This document shows positions 12,926 to 26,590 of a stretch of 64,000 nucleotides of DNA, one piece after another; positions within the stretch are counted from its first letter, which is position 1, and each line of letters opens with the position of its first letter. Origin of the DNA: Schmidtea nova (Eukaryota); NCBI GenBank assembly GCA_044892505.1, contig CM097883.1, forward strand, positions 407,154,001-407,218,000, given 5' to 3'. Both the position numbers and the translations under genes were made by a program. The notes under the pieces are model-generated. The model did not search any database, had not been told where the DNA came from, and saw nothing but the letters and a program-made list of their open reading frames with translations.

Positions 12926-14089
12926 TAGACTTTTAAAAAAGTCTTTTCTAATAACGCTTTCCTGAAGATGAGATTTGGACTTACACTAATTTTTGTTCCA
13001 AAATAAATATTAGGGCTTATTTTCAGAGGTTGTATTATATTTTGCCTATATGTATTGATCAAACATTACATTAGAAGACTGGCTATTCGTCCTATGTTTA
13101 AATCGTATTCTAAAATACTTTGGTAACATAGTTAAAAGAGAGCCAAAAAACTTGGAGAAAATTGTCATTCGAGTCATGAAAGACATATTTTCACATCAAA
13201 ATTTTTTTATGTACAAAAATTTACATTTATTCAAATAACATCATGTTGACATTTCTGAGGTAATCAGTGGAAGGAATGTAGATTGACGAGTTAACCACCT
13301 GCTCAATTGTCGTCTGAGATCCTTGACCCATAAACACCTCAGTTTTATCCACAAAGTTGGTATTTGGAAAATTCAATGCCATCAATAAATAACTTGAATG
13401 TAATGGAACATTTAATAACTTCAGTACCTTCCAGATTGAACAGTGTTACCGAGTTTCTTAGAGAAAGTTCTTATCGTAAATAGAAGTCGTGCAGCCAGTG
13501 TTGTAATTCTTTGAATTCTTCTAGAGACAATTTTAACTATGATGTCATTACAAGAACAATTGCTTGAATAAGCGTTTGCTCTCCTGATAGCAATCTATTT
13601 CCAGGGAATGTCTTCCAGCTCAAGAAATGTTTGTCGACATGTTTTTCTCATTGTTTCCCTTGATCACGTGTTGATCTTGGTTATCTTATTCTACTCACCA
13701 TTATTAAATCATTTGCAGATTTAATATCTTCTCTTTGAAGAAAATCATAAGATTCTTACTACTGAGGTTTTGATGTTTTACTCAACTTGATGACCTATAT
13801 AAATAATAAGACAAACAGTGGTTCGACAAAATATAATAAATAACAAAATTGTGTAAACACTAATAAATATATCCCGTAACCAAATAATTAGAGAAATTTT
13901 ATAGTTTTTCTATATTATGCGTCTTTTGATTTATATCCCTAATTGAGTTACTTGAGTTCGGTTATGTAATCTCTATGCTCGAATCAATAGTTTCTAATAG
14001 TCGATAACAACTATGAAATATTTCTTTAGCGAAGATTTTATAGGTGTGATTTGATTGAAAAACCAGTCCGTTTATGTACTAATTATGTA

Positions 14090-15467
14090 CTAATCTTACC
14101 CCCAAAAAATATAATTTATTTTTATATTTAGTATGCATGAAAACAGTATTCAACAATTTAGCAACAAAAAAAACAGTTAACGTCTTAAAGTTCACTTTCT
14201 GACCTATATCATGTCATCAATAATAAAAATTAATTTATGACATCAATAATTTATCTCAAGAAAAACTACCCCCTAAACAAACATGAATTTATTAGAATTA
14301 GCTAGTGTAATGGATGATAAACAAACTAGTGTTCGGTTTATTCAGAGACACGGCCTACTTCATAATCCAAGAGTATGCAGCAATGGTCATGAAATGCAGC
14401 TGCAACTGACCGACAAACACGATCGGTGGCGTTGCAAGAGCAGGGACTGCTGTGAAGATATCCCAATTCGTCGTGGCACTTGGCTGCCGGGATCAAAATT
14501 ACCATTTAGAACAATTATATTATTTATCAACTGTTGGTCGGATGATATCAGTCGGATTTATCAGTTTTTGTTAACGTGAATTGCAAATGAACGCTTCAAC
14601 AGTTGTCGACTGGAATAATTACTTACGAGAAGTTTGCGCAGCTACTCTACTGAGCCAACCCAACCAGATGCTAATCGGTGGCCCAGGTTTACATGTAGAA
14701 ATTGACGAGAGTCTATTCACAAAGCGGAAAATAATGCTGGGCGTGTGACTCCACAAAAGTGGGTCTTCGGCGGCATATATAGAGAGACTCGTGAATGTTT
14801 CCTCTTTACAGTTCCGGATAGAAGTACAAACACTTTGATGACCATTATTACTGCGCAGATTCGACCTGGAACTATAATACTTTCCGATAGGTGGGGTGCG
14901 TACAATGGTATTAGACAGCAGTGGGGCCAGCATTACACTCACTTAACGGTCAACCATACTTATAACTTTGTTGACCCTATTACACGTACACACACAGAAC
15001 GTTGAGAAAATGTGGAGTCGCGCCAAGAAACGAAACAAACGTCATAACGGAACACGCAGGCAGATGTTGGAGTTGTATTTATGCGAGTTTATGTGGTGTC
15101 AGAACTTGAACGGTAAGATAAAATCCAACGCTATACTCGACGACATAGTTGCATATTGGCCTCCTGTTGAAACCTATTGAAGGACTGGGAATGTTGCCTT
15201 ATATTGGCATATGACTTTATTTAAAAATATTTAGTTGCTGTTTAACGGTTATCGTATTTGTATAATTATATTTTTCTATATAAAAGTCAAATGTATTTTT
15301 ATTGAGGATATATTTTATAACATTTTTCTATTGCGGCGAATCTATAAAAAAGATAGTAATCAAGTAAAATATTATTGAAAAATATAATATAAAAATATCA
15401 TTTTTATGCATACTAAATATAAAAATAAATTATATTTTTTTTGGGGGTAAGATAATCCAAAAGCACC
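14090..15467 (+). mobile_element. Merlin DNA transposon with frameshifted transposase
   Basis: ORF pieces at 14283-15180 carry CSNGH..WRC, IGGPGLHVEIDESLF, WVFGG, IILSDRWGAY and HTQNVEKMW. The inverted repeat ATCTTACCCCCAAAAAATATAATTTATTTT is present at both ends. The right end finishes ...AAAAGCACC; the left tip is lost. Confidence 0.9.
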
Positions 15468-16065
15468 CAATAATGTTTGTTATTGTTCTATTTGAGTTGA
15501 TTTAAAATGAAATTGTTTTCATAAAAGAATTGTTTTTTGACCTTGGAATTGAAAATATTATTTTACTTTTATTATTTATTTATTCGAAAAAAATATTAAA
15601 ATATTTTTAGATATATAAAATAAAATAATAACCATTTTTCAAATAACTTTAAAATAAAATTAATTAACATGAAAATGCTTTTTCAAAATCGCAAAAAATA
15701 TTATTTAAATACACAGGTTTAGGAAATAAAATGCAATAGAATTTCCTTAAGTTTACATTGTACGTACTTAGTTCCATACCTAGCATTACTTTGGAAGTCC
15801 TCCATTATTTCATTCTTGTAAATCACGGAATAATTCTTTCTTTTTGCATTCTTCTTGTCTGGGAATCAAAATAGTATACCCTTAAATCTAGTTTAAATCA
15901 AAAAATTAGTATGATATTACTTACAAAGACAATGTTATCAATTGCACATGTTATTCCTGTGTCTGCACTGCAGTTATTGGTAATCCTATTTTGTCCTTAA
16001 ATCCCAGAAGTTGAATCTTCATTTCACTTATTTTTGCGTGATTTTTTTTTCATCGCATGATATTA

Positions 16066-17030
16066 CGTGGTGCGTTCAATAAGTACCCGACCTGACGAAG
16101 AAAACGAATTCCAAAATGGGCCATTGTCGTAGAGAAACCATAGTGTCGTATTCTCCTGCTTCTGTCTATTCTTTCTGGTGGTTGCCACGAGTTGGCTGTA
16201 ATAGGCAGCGTTGATGGTGATGCCTTTATCCGCGAAATCAATGAGAATAACACCTTTATGATCCCAGAAAATGGAAAGCATCATCGCTCGCCCATGACTT
16301 GTCCCCTTTCGCATCTTCAAAGATGGCTTCTCTCCAGGCAGTTTTCACTCTGCTGACTCACGCTTTGTTTCCGGCAAATACATACTGAGTGGGGTTTCAT
16401 CCTCCGTTATTAAATTTGCCAGGAAAGTCTCACCATGCTGGTCCCACAGGTTCAAGTTGTTCTGACTGCACTCCAAGCGGTTTCGCATCATTTCACCAGT
16501 CAAGAAGCGGGGTATGAATCTGGAGCACAGTTTTCTGATACCCATGTATTTCAATTTTGCGTGGGCTGTACCAACACTGATGTTGAGCTTCGTTGACAGC
16601 ATTTTCATGGTGATTTGACGTTCTTCTTGGACAATCTTCTCCAATTTTTCATCAACTGTGTCAAAAATTTCTTGTGGCCGACCTGATTTTTCTTGATCAA
16701 AAACGGAGGTGCGACCACCTTTAAACTCTCTGACCCAATATTTAACAGTTGTCAGAGATGGGGAGTCATGTAGGTAAGTTGACTGCAAAAGATCGTAGAT
16801 TTCACTGCACGTCTTCTTCTGCAACACAAAGAACTTGATAACGCTGCGATACTCAACGTCTGAAATCATTAGACCGACGAAAATTCAAAATGTCACAATA
16901 AAAATTTTAATGCGTTTGATAAAATAAAACAATAACTGAAATCAAAACCTATATTTATTTACACAAAAAAACTAAAATTTTTCATTACATTTTTTTTACC
17001 TTTGGTCGGGTACTTATTGAACGCACCATG
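16066..17030 (-). mobile_element. mariner element, internally deleted, with TIRs and TA TSD
   Basis: TIR C(G/A)TGGTGCGTTCAATAAGTACCCGACC at both ends with TA flanks. HTH and LITEDET (first D) in 16345-16869, and WFLYDN (second D) running directly into the TIR. The third catalytic residue is absent. Confidence 0.92.
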
Positions 17031-17151
17031 TAACTAGGGCTTATTTTTCAAACATTCTGAAAAATCAAACTAAGCCTCGTACTAGCTCATAAGAAAATAC
17101 GATAAATGATCCCATTATAATCTCATTGGCTGAAACTTATTAATAATTCAG

Positions 17152-17892
17152 ACAATACGATTGGTCAATGTAATATTGATTGCATGCATATTCGGCTACT
17201 TGAAGTTGAATATTCAACGAAACAAATCAATCAACCAACCAGCGATGTCAAAAACAATCAATTGGATATAATGTCATTAAAAAAGGAAGTTTCAAGCATC
17301 CGCGACCATATATATCAATTTAAAAAGGATTTTATTGTTTCAATTGCGCATTCAAAAATGGAAGATAAAATTTTACATGATCGAATTAGTCTATTAAAAA
17401 ATGAAACAATCTTATCAAATATCTTGCTCTCAAAGATGTCGCCGGCAAACAAATCCATAATAATTTCAAATCGTTATCACAAAATTCTGAAAGAAAAAAA
17501 TGTATCCAATGATAATATAAATCGGATTGATAAAACAAACTCGGATCTTGATGCATTCAAACAATTGATATTGACAGAGATTAGTAAGTTATCAAAAGAT
17601 ATGCTAATTATCCAGAATCATTTAAATTTTTCTGTTCAAGAACATTTGAAACACATTGTGAATACTTTCCAGATGAATATGAATGTGATTAGATTGGAAA
17701 AAATTGTCACTCGAAATTTCTCTCAATTGCAAAGCAATTTCCTAACAAAATACAATATATTGAAACTGGAAAATGAAGACCTAAAAGACCAGCTTGATAA
17801 ACTGAAATCGAAAAATAGAGAAATAAATAACGAAATACGCTTAAAATTGACAGAACTTGAAAAGAATTTGGAGGCCATTGGCAAAGAAATAA
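17152..17892 (+). CDS. Long coiled-coil exon (stalk upstream of the MATH domain)
   Basis: Open frame with heptad character. TTCAG acceptor ends at 17151 and GTAAAT donor is at 17893, both phase 1. Sequons NET, NKS, NVS and NFS x2. Confidence 0.75.
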
Positions 17893-19664
17893 GTAAATTT
17901 TTATATTATCTGTGATGTAATTGTAAGGAAATATTTAATTGCACTAGATCCATTATTATTATTGTATTGATGTCTGTATGCTGACTTGAATTATCTTGAA
18001 TGCCTGGTCCTCAGATAATGTCATTGTTCATTATTTATCCCACTGATACATACACTGTAGACACAAACAGTATACACCTGTTTTCATACATTAAGAGATT
18101 CTATAATAAAAGTTCAAAATTATCAATATCAAATGAAAACTTACGTTGATGTAAAATTTATTATGTGATAGACAAAGTGGGAAATAAATAAATTATACAC
18201 ACAAACACACACAATGTAAAATGCATGCAAACTTTAAAAGGTAAATTAATTTACGCGATTAAGAAATCTATAATAAATTTATTTATTTTTAAAATAAAAT
18301 TTTTGGGTAAATACCTGGAATATTTCCTAGATTAGTGGAGAAAATGAATAAATAATATAGTAAGTTTTATTTTGATGAATTTTAATATAAAATTTCATAT
18401 ATTTCTGAAATTTTTTTGCAAACTTTTTCCGTTTTTAGAAACCAAAAATATAATACCATCTAATTATTTTCAATTTATAGACAATTAAACACATTTACAC
18501 TTCAATTTAGATCATTTTGAAGTCTCAGATAATGCAGGACAAAATATGAAATTTGGCAATACTTAAAATAGAAAATAAAACTTGAAATTTCAATTTTGAA
18601 AATAAAATATTATAATGTAATTTCCGAAATATACCAAATCAGAGTAATCAAAAACCATGTAAAATGGTCAAAAATAGTTCCGATTTGGAAGATTTCTTGG
18701 AATATGCAAAATATATTTCAGAAATAAATAAAAAATTTTATTTAATAATAATAATTATAATAAATATTATTTAAAAATGATTTTTTGACTTACTTTTAAT
18801 GAAAATAATTCCCAAAACATGTTAAAAATCATAATTTTATAGAAAGTATTTAAAAATAAAAATAAAATTGTAGAACAAAGGTAATCTTCCAAAGCTTCAA
18901 TAGAGATCTCATATCATTTTAAGATAAAAAAAACCTTAAAAGATATCTTGTTAAATAAACTTAAATGTACACACCTGCTAGCATTATAGTTACTCTTAAG
19001 CTACCATTATATATATACTACTTTTAGTCAATGAACCTTTCCAAAGTTATTGTTATTTAATCTTTAATATTCCTCGTCTTGAATCTTGTTACGATTTCAT
19101 TTTTTAAGTTTTTTTAGAGAAAAATCAAAAATAGTTTTCGTCTATTGTCTTAAAAAGAATGAAAATAAACGGAATTTCTATGTGAAATGAAAATATTTGA
19201 AATTGAAAAGAAAGGACCAAGGGTGATCAAAATCAAATATGTTATTAATATACGTGCTTGTCTAGTCGAACTTCAAATTTTAGATAAGTGCTTCTCAAAC
19301 TCATTAAAAAAAATTTTCTTTGGAAAAATTAGAATATTTTGCAAAATTGAACAGTAAACACTGCTAAAACGTGGTTAATGTGTACCCCGTTATATGAAAA
19401 CTTGTTATAAGAAACCCGAAATCAGTACAAATCACATTAATTCGAACTGCGTTATATCGAAACCTCCCACGCAATAGGAAAGAATCGTAAAATTTAACTG
19501 CGGTATATTGATACCGCATTATAAGAATACTGTTTAATAAGAGAGATTACTGTATTTATATTCAGTTTATTTTAATAATTTTTAAATTACATATAGCAAA
19601 TATGCCGATTACCAAATCGCTTCGTCAGCTCAATCACTAACAGCGATTACATAATTATGCAATC

Positions 19665-20120
19665 CAGTGGTGTCTTATGGAATTTGGAACCCCTGTGCTA
19701 AGAATTATAAAGCGCTTTAAAAAATGTTTTCAGATTTTTTATTTAGAAAAGTACAAAGATGCTCAGTTTAAATAATAAAAATCATTTTTTAAAAAATTAA
19801 TTCAATAACAAAAAAATTATAAATAATAATGTAATATAGATAAATAAAAGTTATAAAAAATAAAAATATAATGAAAACAAAATAGTAAACCTAAAAAAAA
19901 TAAAATAAATAGTTATTTGATAATATAAATTTAAATATTGAATAATAACAATTATTAAAGTGTACACAATAAATAACAAAATATATAAATAAATAATAGT
20001 AACTTTAATTTGTTTTGATTTTTTATACATTCTAATTTATAACAAAATGATTTATTTATCATATTCACTGACAGCCCAATCTTACTAAAGCCCTTGTGCT
20101 ACACACATAAGACATCTCTG
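19665..20120. mobile_element. Non-autonomous hAT-type MITE
   Basis: TIRs CAGTGGTGTCTTATG / CAGAGATGTCTTATG (reverse complement). 8-bp TSD ATGCAATC / TTGCAATC. Confidence 0.75.
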
Positions 20121-20213
20121 TTGCAATCTGAGTCACCATTGCTAACACAATAATCGTTTACGCAAGATTTTCTTACGACAAAAAATAAATAAGAAATTAG
20201 TATTTTAAACAAT

Positions 20214-20841
20214 TGTTGGGTTATTAATGAGTAGTCGGTTGGTATCTGACTCAGGTGTTCTTTCATTCCAAAAATAAATTAGACCCAACACAATAATTTT
20301 TATTTCTACAATTCAATCACAAGAATATCAATCACAAAAGTTATAACTGTTATCTGTACTCTTCTGCGTTATGGTAGAAGACCCAGTGGAAGATCTTCCT
20401 TTCTTGTAAGCAGGAAATTGATAGACCGATAGCCTATAACTTTCAATTACCGTTTCATCTTCCTTTTCCCCTTTCAGATTTCTCGCTCAACTCTTTTGTA
20501 TTTTTCTTCGACCAACTGGCAACGTCGGCAAATTGCTCTCAGTTTATATAGTACCTTGTTGCTCAGTTCTATCACGCCTTAATGGATCTGTCAAATTATT
20601 AATTAAATTGGGGGTTACGATTAAGTAGGTTTGTGGCTTTTCCACGGGGTACCCTTCAATTCGTCAATCTATTTTTCTAATTAATAGATTTGTTGATGCC
20701 CCGGATTTCCCACATCGCTCGGATTTCCCATTAGCTCTGGTTTCCTTAGGTTTGCACTTTAACTATTAATTTTCCAAATTTCGTATTTTTATTGATTTGT
20801 GCATTTTAAATATATTTTCTGTTTATTTTAACTACCCAACA
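20214..20841 (-). mobile_element. Solo LTR (4-bp TSD CAAT)
   Basis: TGTTGGG...CCCAACA with CAAT on both sides. One end is homologous to the LTR at 50680-51730 (TCTGACTC..GTGTTC). TATATAAA lies on the minus strand. Confidence 0.82.
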
Positions 20842-20970
20842 CAATGCAAACTTTATTAAACATTCCGAATGTGCCTCTTAATAATTTGAATATTTAAACA
20901 ATTTCTAAACAAATTTTATTAGTACTAATATGAAAGTTTTTATTTAAGAAAAATCCTAAAAATATTTCAG

Positions 20971-21482
20971 AATTAAAAAATCGGAAATGCATCTATCATG
21001 ATCCCGTGGGCAAATTCCAAAACAAAGGACGAAATGGAGAATTTCACGAATGGAAAATCATTGAATTCACTAAGTCAAAAGGTAATCAACAGCCATTTTA
21101 CAGTCCGACATTTTATTCTTATTTTTGGGGATACAATATGCGCATCAAATTAGTTGTGGAATTTCCCACATTCTCATCGCTAGGAAATTTGGAGATCTAT
21201 TTCCAAATAATTCCGGGAGAATTTGATCTCCATCAACGATGGCCAATGAATGACACCATAGAGCTCTTACTCGTAGGAAATACTGTTGTTCAAGAATATG
21301 CTTACCAAAGACTGCTTAAAAACGAAACCTCGTCGGACAATGAAATATTCAAAACGCCATCTTGTGAAAGCCACATACTTTTAGAGTATAAATTCTCTAT
21401 ATCGAAATCTTTTGAAAAAAATTATTTTTTAACAAATGATACTCTGGATATTTATTTCAAAGTTACTAAAAAATTGTCATAG
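20971..21482 (+). CDS. Terminal exon encoding a TRAF-type MATH domain
   Basis: FYSPTFYSYFWGYNMRIKL...LEIYFQIIPGEFDLHQRWPM matches the TRAF/meprin MATH pattern. The TTTCAG acceptor is in frame with the upstream coiled-coil exon. Confidence 0.85.
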
Positions 21483-21728
21483 TTTCTCAGTTTTAAATAA
21501 AATATTAAAATATCTTCAGAAATATTATATATTTAAAACGTAAATTAACAATAAAGGCATTCAGAATAAAGAATCACAATTTTTAGAGTCAACCAGTGGC
21601 ACAGTTTGAAGGAGGTATGGGAGCTTGATTTTGGAGTGACCTTTTTTAATCTTTTTCATATGACCTTGCTCGCTGGTGGGAAAACCTGGCAAAATCATAG
21701 GAATTAACCAACTATTTTTTGTCTTTGC

Positions 21729-21764
<36 letters not shown>

Positions 21765-21849
21765 CACACTTGATAAAGGCTGTGCCGAAATATTGTGTTA
21801 TTGTTTATAAAAAAAAATTTGATCTATAGTCATTATGAGAATTATTGAT

Positions 21850-21897
<48 letters not shown>

Positions 21898-23269
21898 GTT
21901 ATGATTTTGGGCCCTTTTTTCAAAACATTTTCCTTGTGCTTTCAGTAGATTAACATTTGTATAAATCATTCATTTTTGAGGTTTTTAATTTAAAAATTAT
22001 AAAAAAGTTCGCGCACTCACTTGTTTCTAATATGTAGACAAGGTCATAAATGTAGCATTAATATTTATATTTTNNNNNNNNNNNNNNNNNNNNNNNNNNN
22101 NNNNNNNNNNNNNNNNNNNNNNNNNNNNNNNNNNNNNNNNNNNNNNNNNNNNNNNNNNNNNNNNNNNNNNNNNNNNNNNNNNNNNNNNNNNNNNNNNNNN
22201 NNNNNNNNNNNNNNNNCAGCATTAAGTATTAAATTAATTAATAAGTAAGTAACAAAATAAGCCTTTATTACAAAAATAATTTTATTAAGTGAGAAAATTT
22301 TCGATTATAAAATAATCCTCATCAATCTCTAATTCTGCAAATAACTGGTATCTTCATTCATTCTGTTGTTTCTTTTTTCGTGATTTATTCGAAATAAACT
22401 AAATATTTGCTAAAATCAAATACAATTTATTCTAACTAAAATTAAACATAAAATATATTTTAGAAATACATATTGATTCCATTTTAAATTCCTTTTTTTT
22501 AAATTTCCAAATTATTTTGTCTCAATTAATATTTTATGCAAATTATTGATTTCAGTAAATTTAAAACATATTTAAGATTGAAATTAATGTCAATTTAATC
22601 AAAGGTTACGACTAAAATTTAGATTATACTTTTAGATTATTACAATGATTATAATAATTTTAGAGGAAACTAAAAAAATTCAAATAACTTCCAAAGAAAT
22701 TTCGTTTCAATTTTTAAGTAAATTAGGGAAATTTTATGATGATAATTGAAAGAATTTAGATGTAAGATAAATTTTAACAAGTATTTTATGTAATTAATTT
22801 GTTTTAGGAAATCAGATGAAGTTAAGGATTAATACACAATAATTTTGGAAATTTGAGAAGTCTTTTACCGTAAATATATTTGTGTTAATTCAATATTCTT
22901 TGCTAATTAAATGGTCAAAACTTTTAATTAAGATTATATCAGATTTTAGGATTATTTATTAATTATTTTATGTTAAAATTTGAAAATCAAAGCCAATAAG
23001 CATAGTCAGTATAAGCTATAATGACTTGAATAAAGGATAAACAAATAAGTTTTGTCCGGTGCAAATACTCAGCTTTCCAATGCTGTAATGAGTGTATAGG
23101 TCTGCAACTTTGTGTGTCTATGCTATATATGTCGTAGATTGGTAAAATTAAAAAAAATCGCTTATTAATAATTTTTAACATTGCTATTAACTTTAATATG
23201 TCTTACATGGATTAAGCACTTTTAATAAATTTCTTGTTTGACTAAAATACTTTTTGTTTTCATTAGAAT

Positions 23270-24110
23270 ACGTCGATTTAAAGAGAATTTCGCACGAGAG
23301 GATATCCGCAAGTTAATCTACTACAATTGGAAACGTGGATAAGTGCCTTCCCAGATTGCAAATGAAATAAATTTGACACTGGGGAAGGACACAAGAAATG
23401 AGCGCACTTGTCGACGCTGAGTTGCAAACTTCAAGGAAAGAAACTTTGATGTTGAAAACAAAGAGCGATGTGGGAGGCCCTCTCTTGATATCAACGATAA
23501 AATTCTAGCTCTTTTAAAGGAGCACAGCAGCACTGTGGAAATGAGCGTGGACCTTGAAGTTTGTCAGCAGACAATTCGAAATCATCTGCTTGCAATGCGC
23601 ATGCGTTACCTGTGCAACTACTGGGTCCCACACAAGTTGTCCGAGCAACAAATGGCCAACCATGAGAAAATATTCAACGAGCTGCTGTGCCAGTATGCTG
23701 CTAATGACTTCCTCGGTCAGCTCATTACAATGGACGAAGTCTGGATCTATTGGAACAACGATGGAACCTATCGCCACCGATCGTGGAGAGGTGCAGGTGA
23801 TACCCTTGATGTGGAAGTTCGCAACACACTCTCACCCAGGAAACATCTCATGTCCGTCTTTTGGGACTGTAAAGGTGTGATTATGATGGATATTCTGCCG
23901 CAGGGTGCTACAATCACTGCCGATGTTTACTGCGAACAGCTGTCCCGTCTGGTGACGGCAATACAACAAAAGCGACGCCGTCTTCTTGGTGGTGGGTTTC
24001 ATCAAATTCACTATCTCCCCGACAATGCACGACCCCATACGGCAGCCAAATCTGAGCAAAAACTTACTGACATTGGTTTTACTGTTATTTTATTTATTTT
24101 ATTAAATTAA
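23270..24110 (+). mobile_element. mariner transposase pseudogene, 3'-truncated
   Basis: REDIRKLIYYNW, RCGRPS, WVPHKL, LITMDEVWI and YLPDNARPHTA motifs. In-frame stops in the N-terminal part. It ends before YSPDL. Confidence 0.88.
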
Positions 24111-24610
24111 AATATAAATCAAAATATAAACCATTTTCCAAAGTTAAAAAATTAATTTACATAAAATATTTTCAAAACAAAATATTCTTTCAATATTATA
24201 TAAAATATTATCATTAATTGTGTCCATCAGTATAAAATAAAAAAATGTCAATAAATGTTCGCAAGATCACAAATTGGTAAATTGTCATAATTATATTGTC
24301 AAAAATTAATTGTCATTCGATCTGCTGTTTGATCTTGATCGCCATCCACATGCACATTTATTCTATATTTCTTTCCTCCTATTCTGTAGTCATCATTAAT
24401 TTCAAATAAGTTGACTACTTTTCCTATTTCTAGCATTATTTATTGTTCTTTAGGTTACTATTTATTGTGCGTTAGCGTACTACAAAATTTTATTATAAAG
24501 ATTTAATGAGTGTTATTAAGTGTATGACGATGGCGATAACCTAATAAATCGACAAAATATTTATTGACATTATTTAAATTTTAATTTAATCATAATTAGT
24601 GAAAATAAGA

Positions 24611-26590
24611 ATGAAGAAATTGAGCAAAAAGCTGTCGGTATCTAATACTGGCCCAAAATTCCCAACAATTTCCAGATTTGAAAAGCTACACGTCCCTGGA
24701 ATCAGGGGTAGTGCAACTAGCAGTAAAGTCTATATTGGTTTTCCAAAGGTTCCAGCATATTTAAAGGAAATTCACTGCAAAGGAAATCCTTTCACCGAAA
24801 TTAACAATCTAAAAACCTTTGATTTGAAAAAGTTAGAAAACAGAAAAAATAATTTCGAAAAAAAGTTTCTAAAGTTTCCAGTTTCTGAGCATGTTACCAG
24901 AGACATCCGAATGAAGTATAACGCAAAGAATAAATTGAAGCAACTTCAATATGCGATAGAGCTAAAAGAGAAATCCCTAAAAGAAATTTCAGAAGAATCG
25001 ACATACAGTTTCTTGCTACCAAGGATAAAATTCAATCCAACATTTGACTTTCTTGTTAATAAAAGAAAGGTATGTCTTTTGGAACTAGGAATAAAAATCA
25101 AAGAACAACATCTGTCAAAATTACATAGAGTTGTTGAGCAAGAGAGAGAATTAATCAAAAAAGAATATGAACGTCTTGAACGAGATCAGAAAAAAGAAGA
25201 CGAAAATTTGAAAGAGACCTGCGAAAAAACCTCGGGAATTATAAAGCGAGTCGATGAAGAAAATCAAAAACGAAATCTCGTGGCAAAGAAATTGAAGCAT
25301 GCCAATTTCAAAAGAGACAAACTCAATGCTCAATGTATTCACCTGGAGAGTGAATATATCAGATTTAAGGCTTTCAGAGAATTCTTAAGAGACTGTTACC
25401 GACAAAATGAGTATGAAAGTATACTGAAGAGAAGAAGTAAAATGGATGAATACAAAATGGAAGCAGTCTTAAATGAAATGGAAAAACAACATAAATTTTC
25501 TAATGAATCGAGAGAATCATACGATATAGACCTTATAACGTTACAAGAAACTGTCGGTCCAGTGGCAAATGTTAGCAATGCCTATTTTAATAACATTAAA
25601 AAAAGAAATAATTTTATTAGAAAATCAGGAATTAAAGATGTATATATTAAAGAAAGATTAGTGAAATGTAAAACTATATTAAGCAACAGTGACTTGGATA
25701 CTTTGAAATCCAACATAATCCTAGGACTTTCCAATGTTAACAATAATGTTAAATTTGCAAGCTCTAAAAGTGAAGAAGACACGACTCTAGAGTTTCTTCT
25801 TAGTTCATCTTTGGATATAATCAATGAAAAAACAAAAGATTCAGAATCTTCTGAAGATTTTACATATTTCCAGGATCCACTCGACCTGATCAATGTCGTC
25901 AGTGAATTGGAAGTAAATAACTTGTGTTTGATAGAAAATGTACAAGAGCAAGAAGAACTGTGTGAATCGTTGATTAAGAAGACCCATAAGATCAAGTCAA
26001 AAATAGAAAAACACATCCATTCCGTCGATTCGCTCATCCATACCATTAGGGAGGACCTTACCGAGTTAACCGAAAAAATAGATTTCATAGAAAATGTTAA
26101 TTTCAATTTAAACACGCATTTGAATATTACTCGTTACAGCGACATATTTTACCTTAAAGATCTCGAAGTTACGACCTTGGATGAGTTGATCGGCTATCTT
26201 TTCAATAAAGTTAGCAAGTTGTATTCAGCAGTATCCCAAATCGACGATCCAAACGGAATTGACTTGATCGAAATGCTAACGAAAATTGAAAGTCTCATTG
26301 ATGGGTTGACTGTCGAATTGCTGACATATGACGAGTTGGCAATAAATAAAGCAAAGAAAGTTGTCGACGAGAACAAAATACTTGCAGCCCGTTTGAAGAA
26401 CAAAGAAATGATGCAAGAGAAACAAGTTATAATGATGAAGAAAACAATGGATGAAGCAAACAAACCGCCTAGGTATAAGCATGGCCGGAAAGTCGTATAT
26501 AGATCCGAACCGGTGAAGCCGAAACTCGTCGTTGCCGCTACCAACACAGACAGTCGCAGAAATGAAGAATATAACTTCTTTTTTACATAA
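24611..26590 (+). CDS. CFAP100: Cilia/flagella-associated coiled-coil protein, CFAP100 (CCDC37/CCDC38 family)
   Basis: About 660-aa intronless ORF with a DUF4200-like block (FLVNKRKVCLLEL...FREFL), YFQDPLDLINVVSELEVNNLCLIEN, and C-terminal GRKVVYRSEP...EEYNFFFT*. Confidence 0.75.
   Translation: MKKLSKKLSVSNTGPKFPTISRFEKLHVPGIRGSATSSKVYIGFPKVPAYLKEIHCKGNPFTEINNLKTFDLKKLENRKNNFEKKFLKFPVSEHVTRDIRMKYNAKNKLKQLQYAIELKEKSLKEISEESTYSFLLPRIKFNPTFDFLVNKRKVCLLELGIKIKEQHLSKLHRVVEQERELIKKEYERLERDQKKEDENLKETCEKTSGIIKRVDEENQKRNLVAKKLKHANFKRDKLNAQCIHLESEYIRFKAFREFLRDCYRQNEYESILKRRSKMDEYKMEAVLNEMEKQHKFSNESRESYDIDLITLQETVGPVANVSNAYFNNIKKRNNFIRKSGIKDVYIKERLVKCKTILSNSDLDTLKSNIILGLSNVNNNVKFASSKSEEDTTLEFLLSSSLDIINEKTKDSESSEDFTYFQDPLDLINVVSELEVNNLCLIENVQEQEELCESLIKKTHKIKSKIEKHIHSVDSLIHTIREDLTELTEKIDFIENVNFNLNTHLNITRYSDIFYLKDLEVTTLDELIGYLFNKVSKLYSAVSQIDDPNGIDLIEMLTKIESLIDGLTVELLTYDELAINKAKKVVDENKILAARLKNKEMMQEKQVIMMKKTMDEANKPPRYKHGRKVVYRSEPVKPKLVVAATNTDSRRNEEYNFFFT

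Noticed and set aside
13150-13800. Degenerate transposase-like sequence (also 55550-55820 and 57100-58100)
   Set aside because: It looks like decayed coding DNA, but no family motif could be assigned with confidence.
15730-16020. Transmembrane exon that would make the Ig-MATH protein a receptor
   Set aside because: The hydrophobic frames end in stops and lack consistent splice sites. One small phase-compatible exon is possible but unsupported.
24946-26547. Antisense ORFs over the CFAP100-like gene (and similar ones over polB and the transposases)
   Set aside because: Shadow frames of real coding sequence, with no independent motifs.
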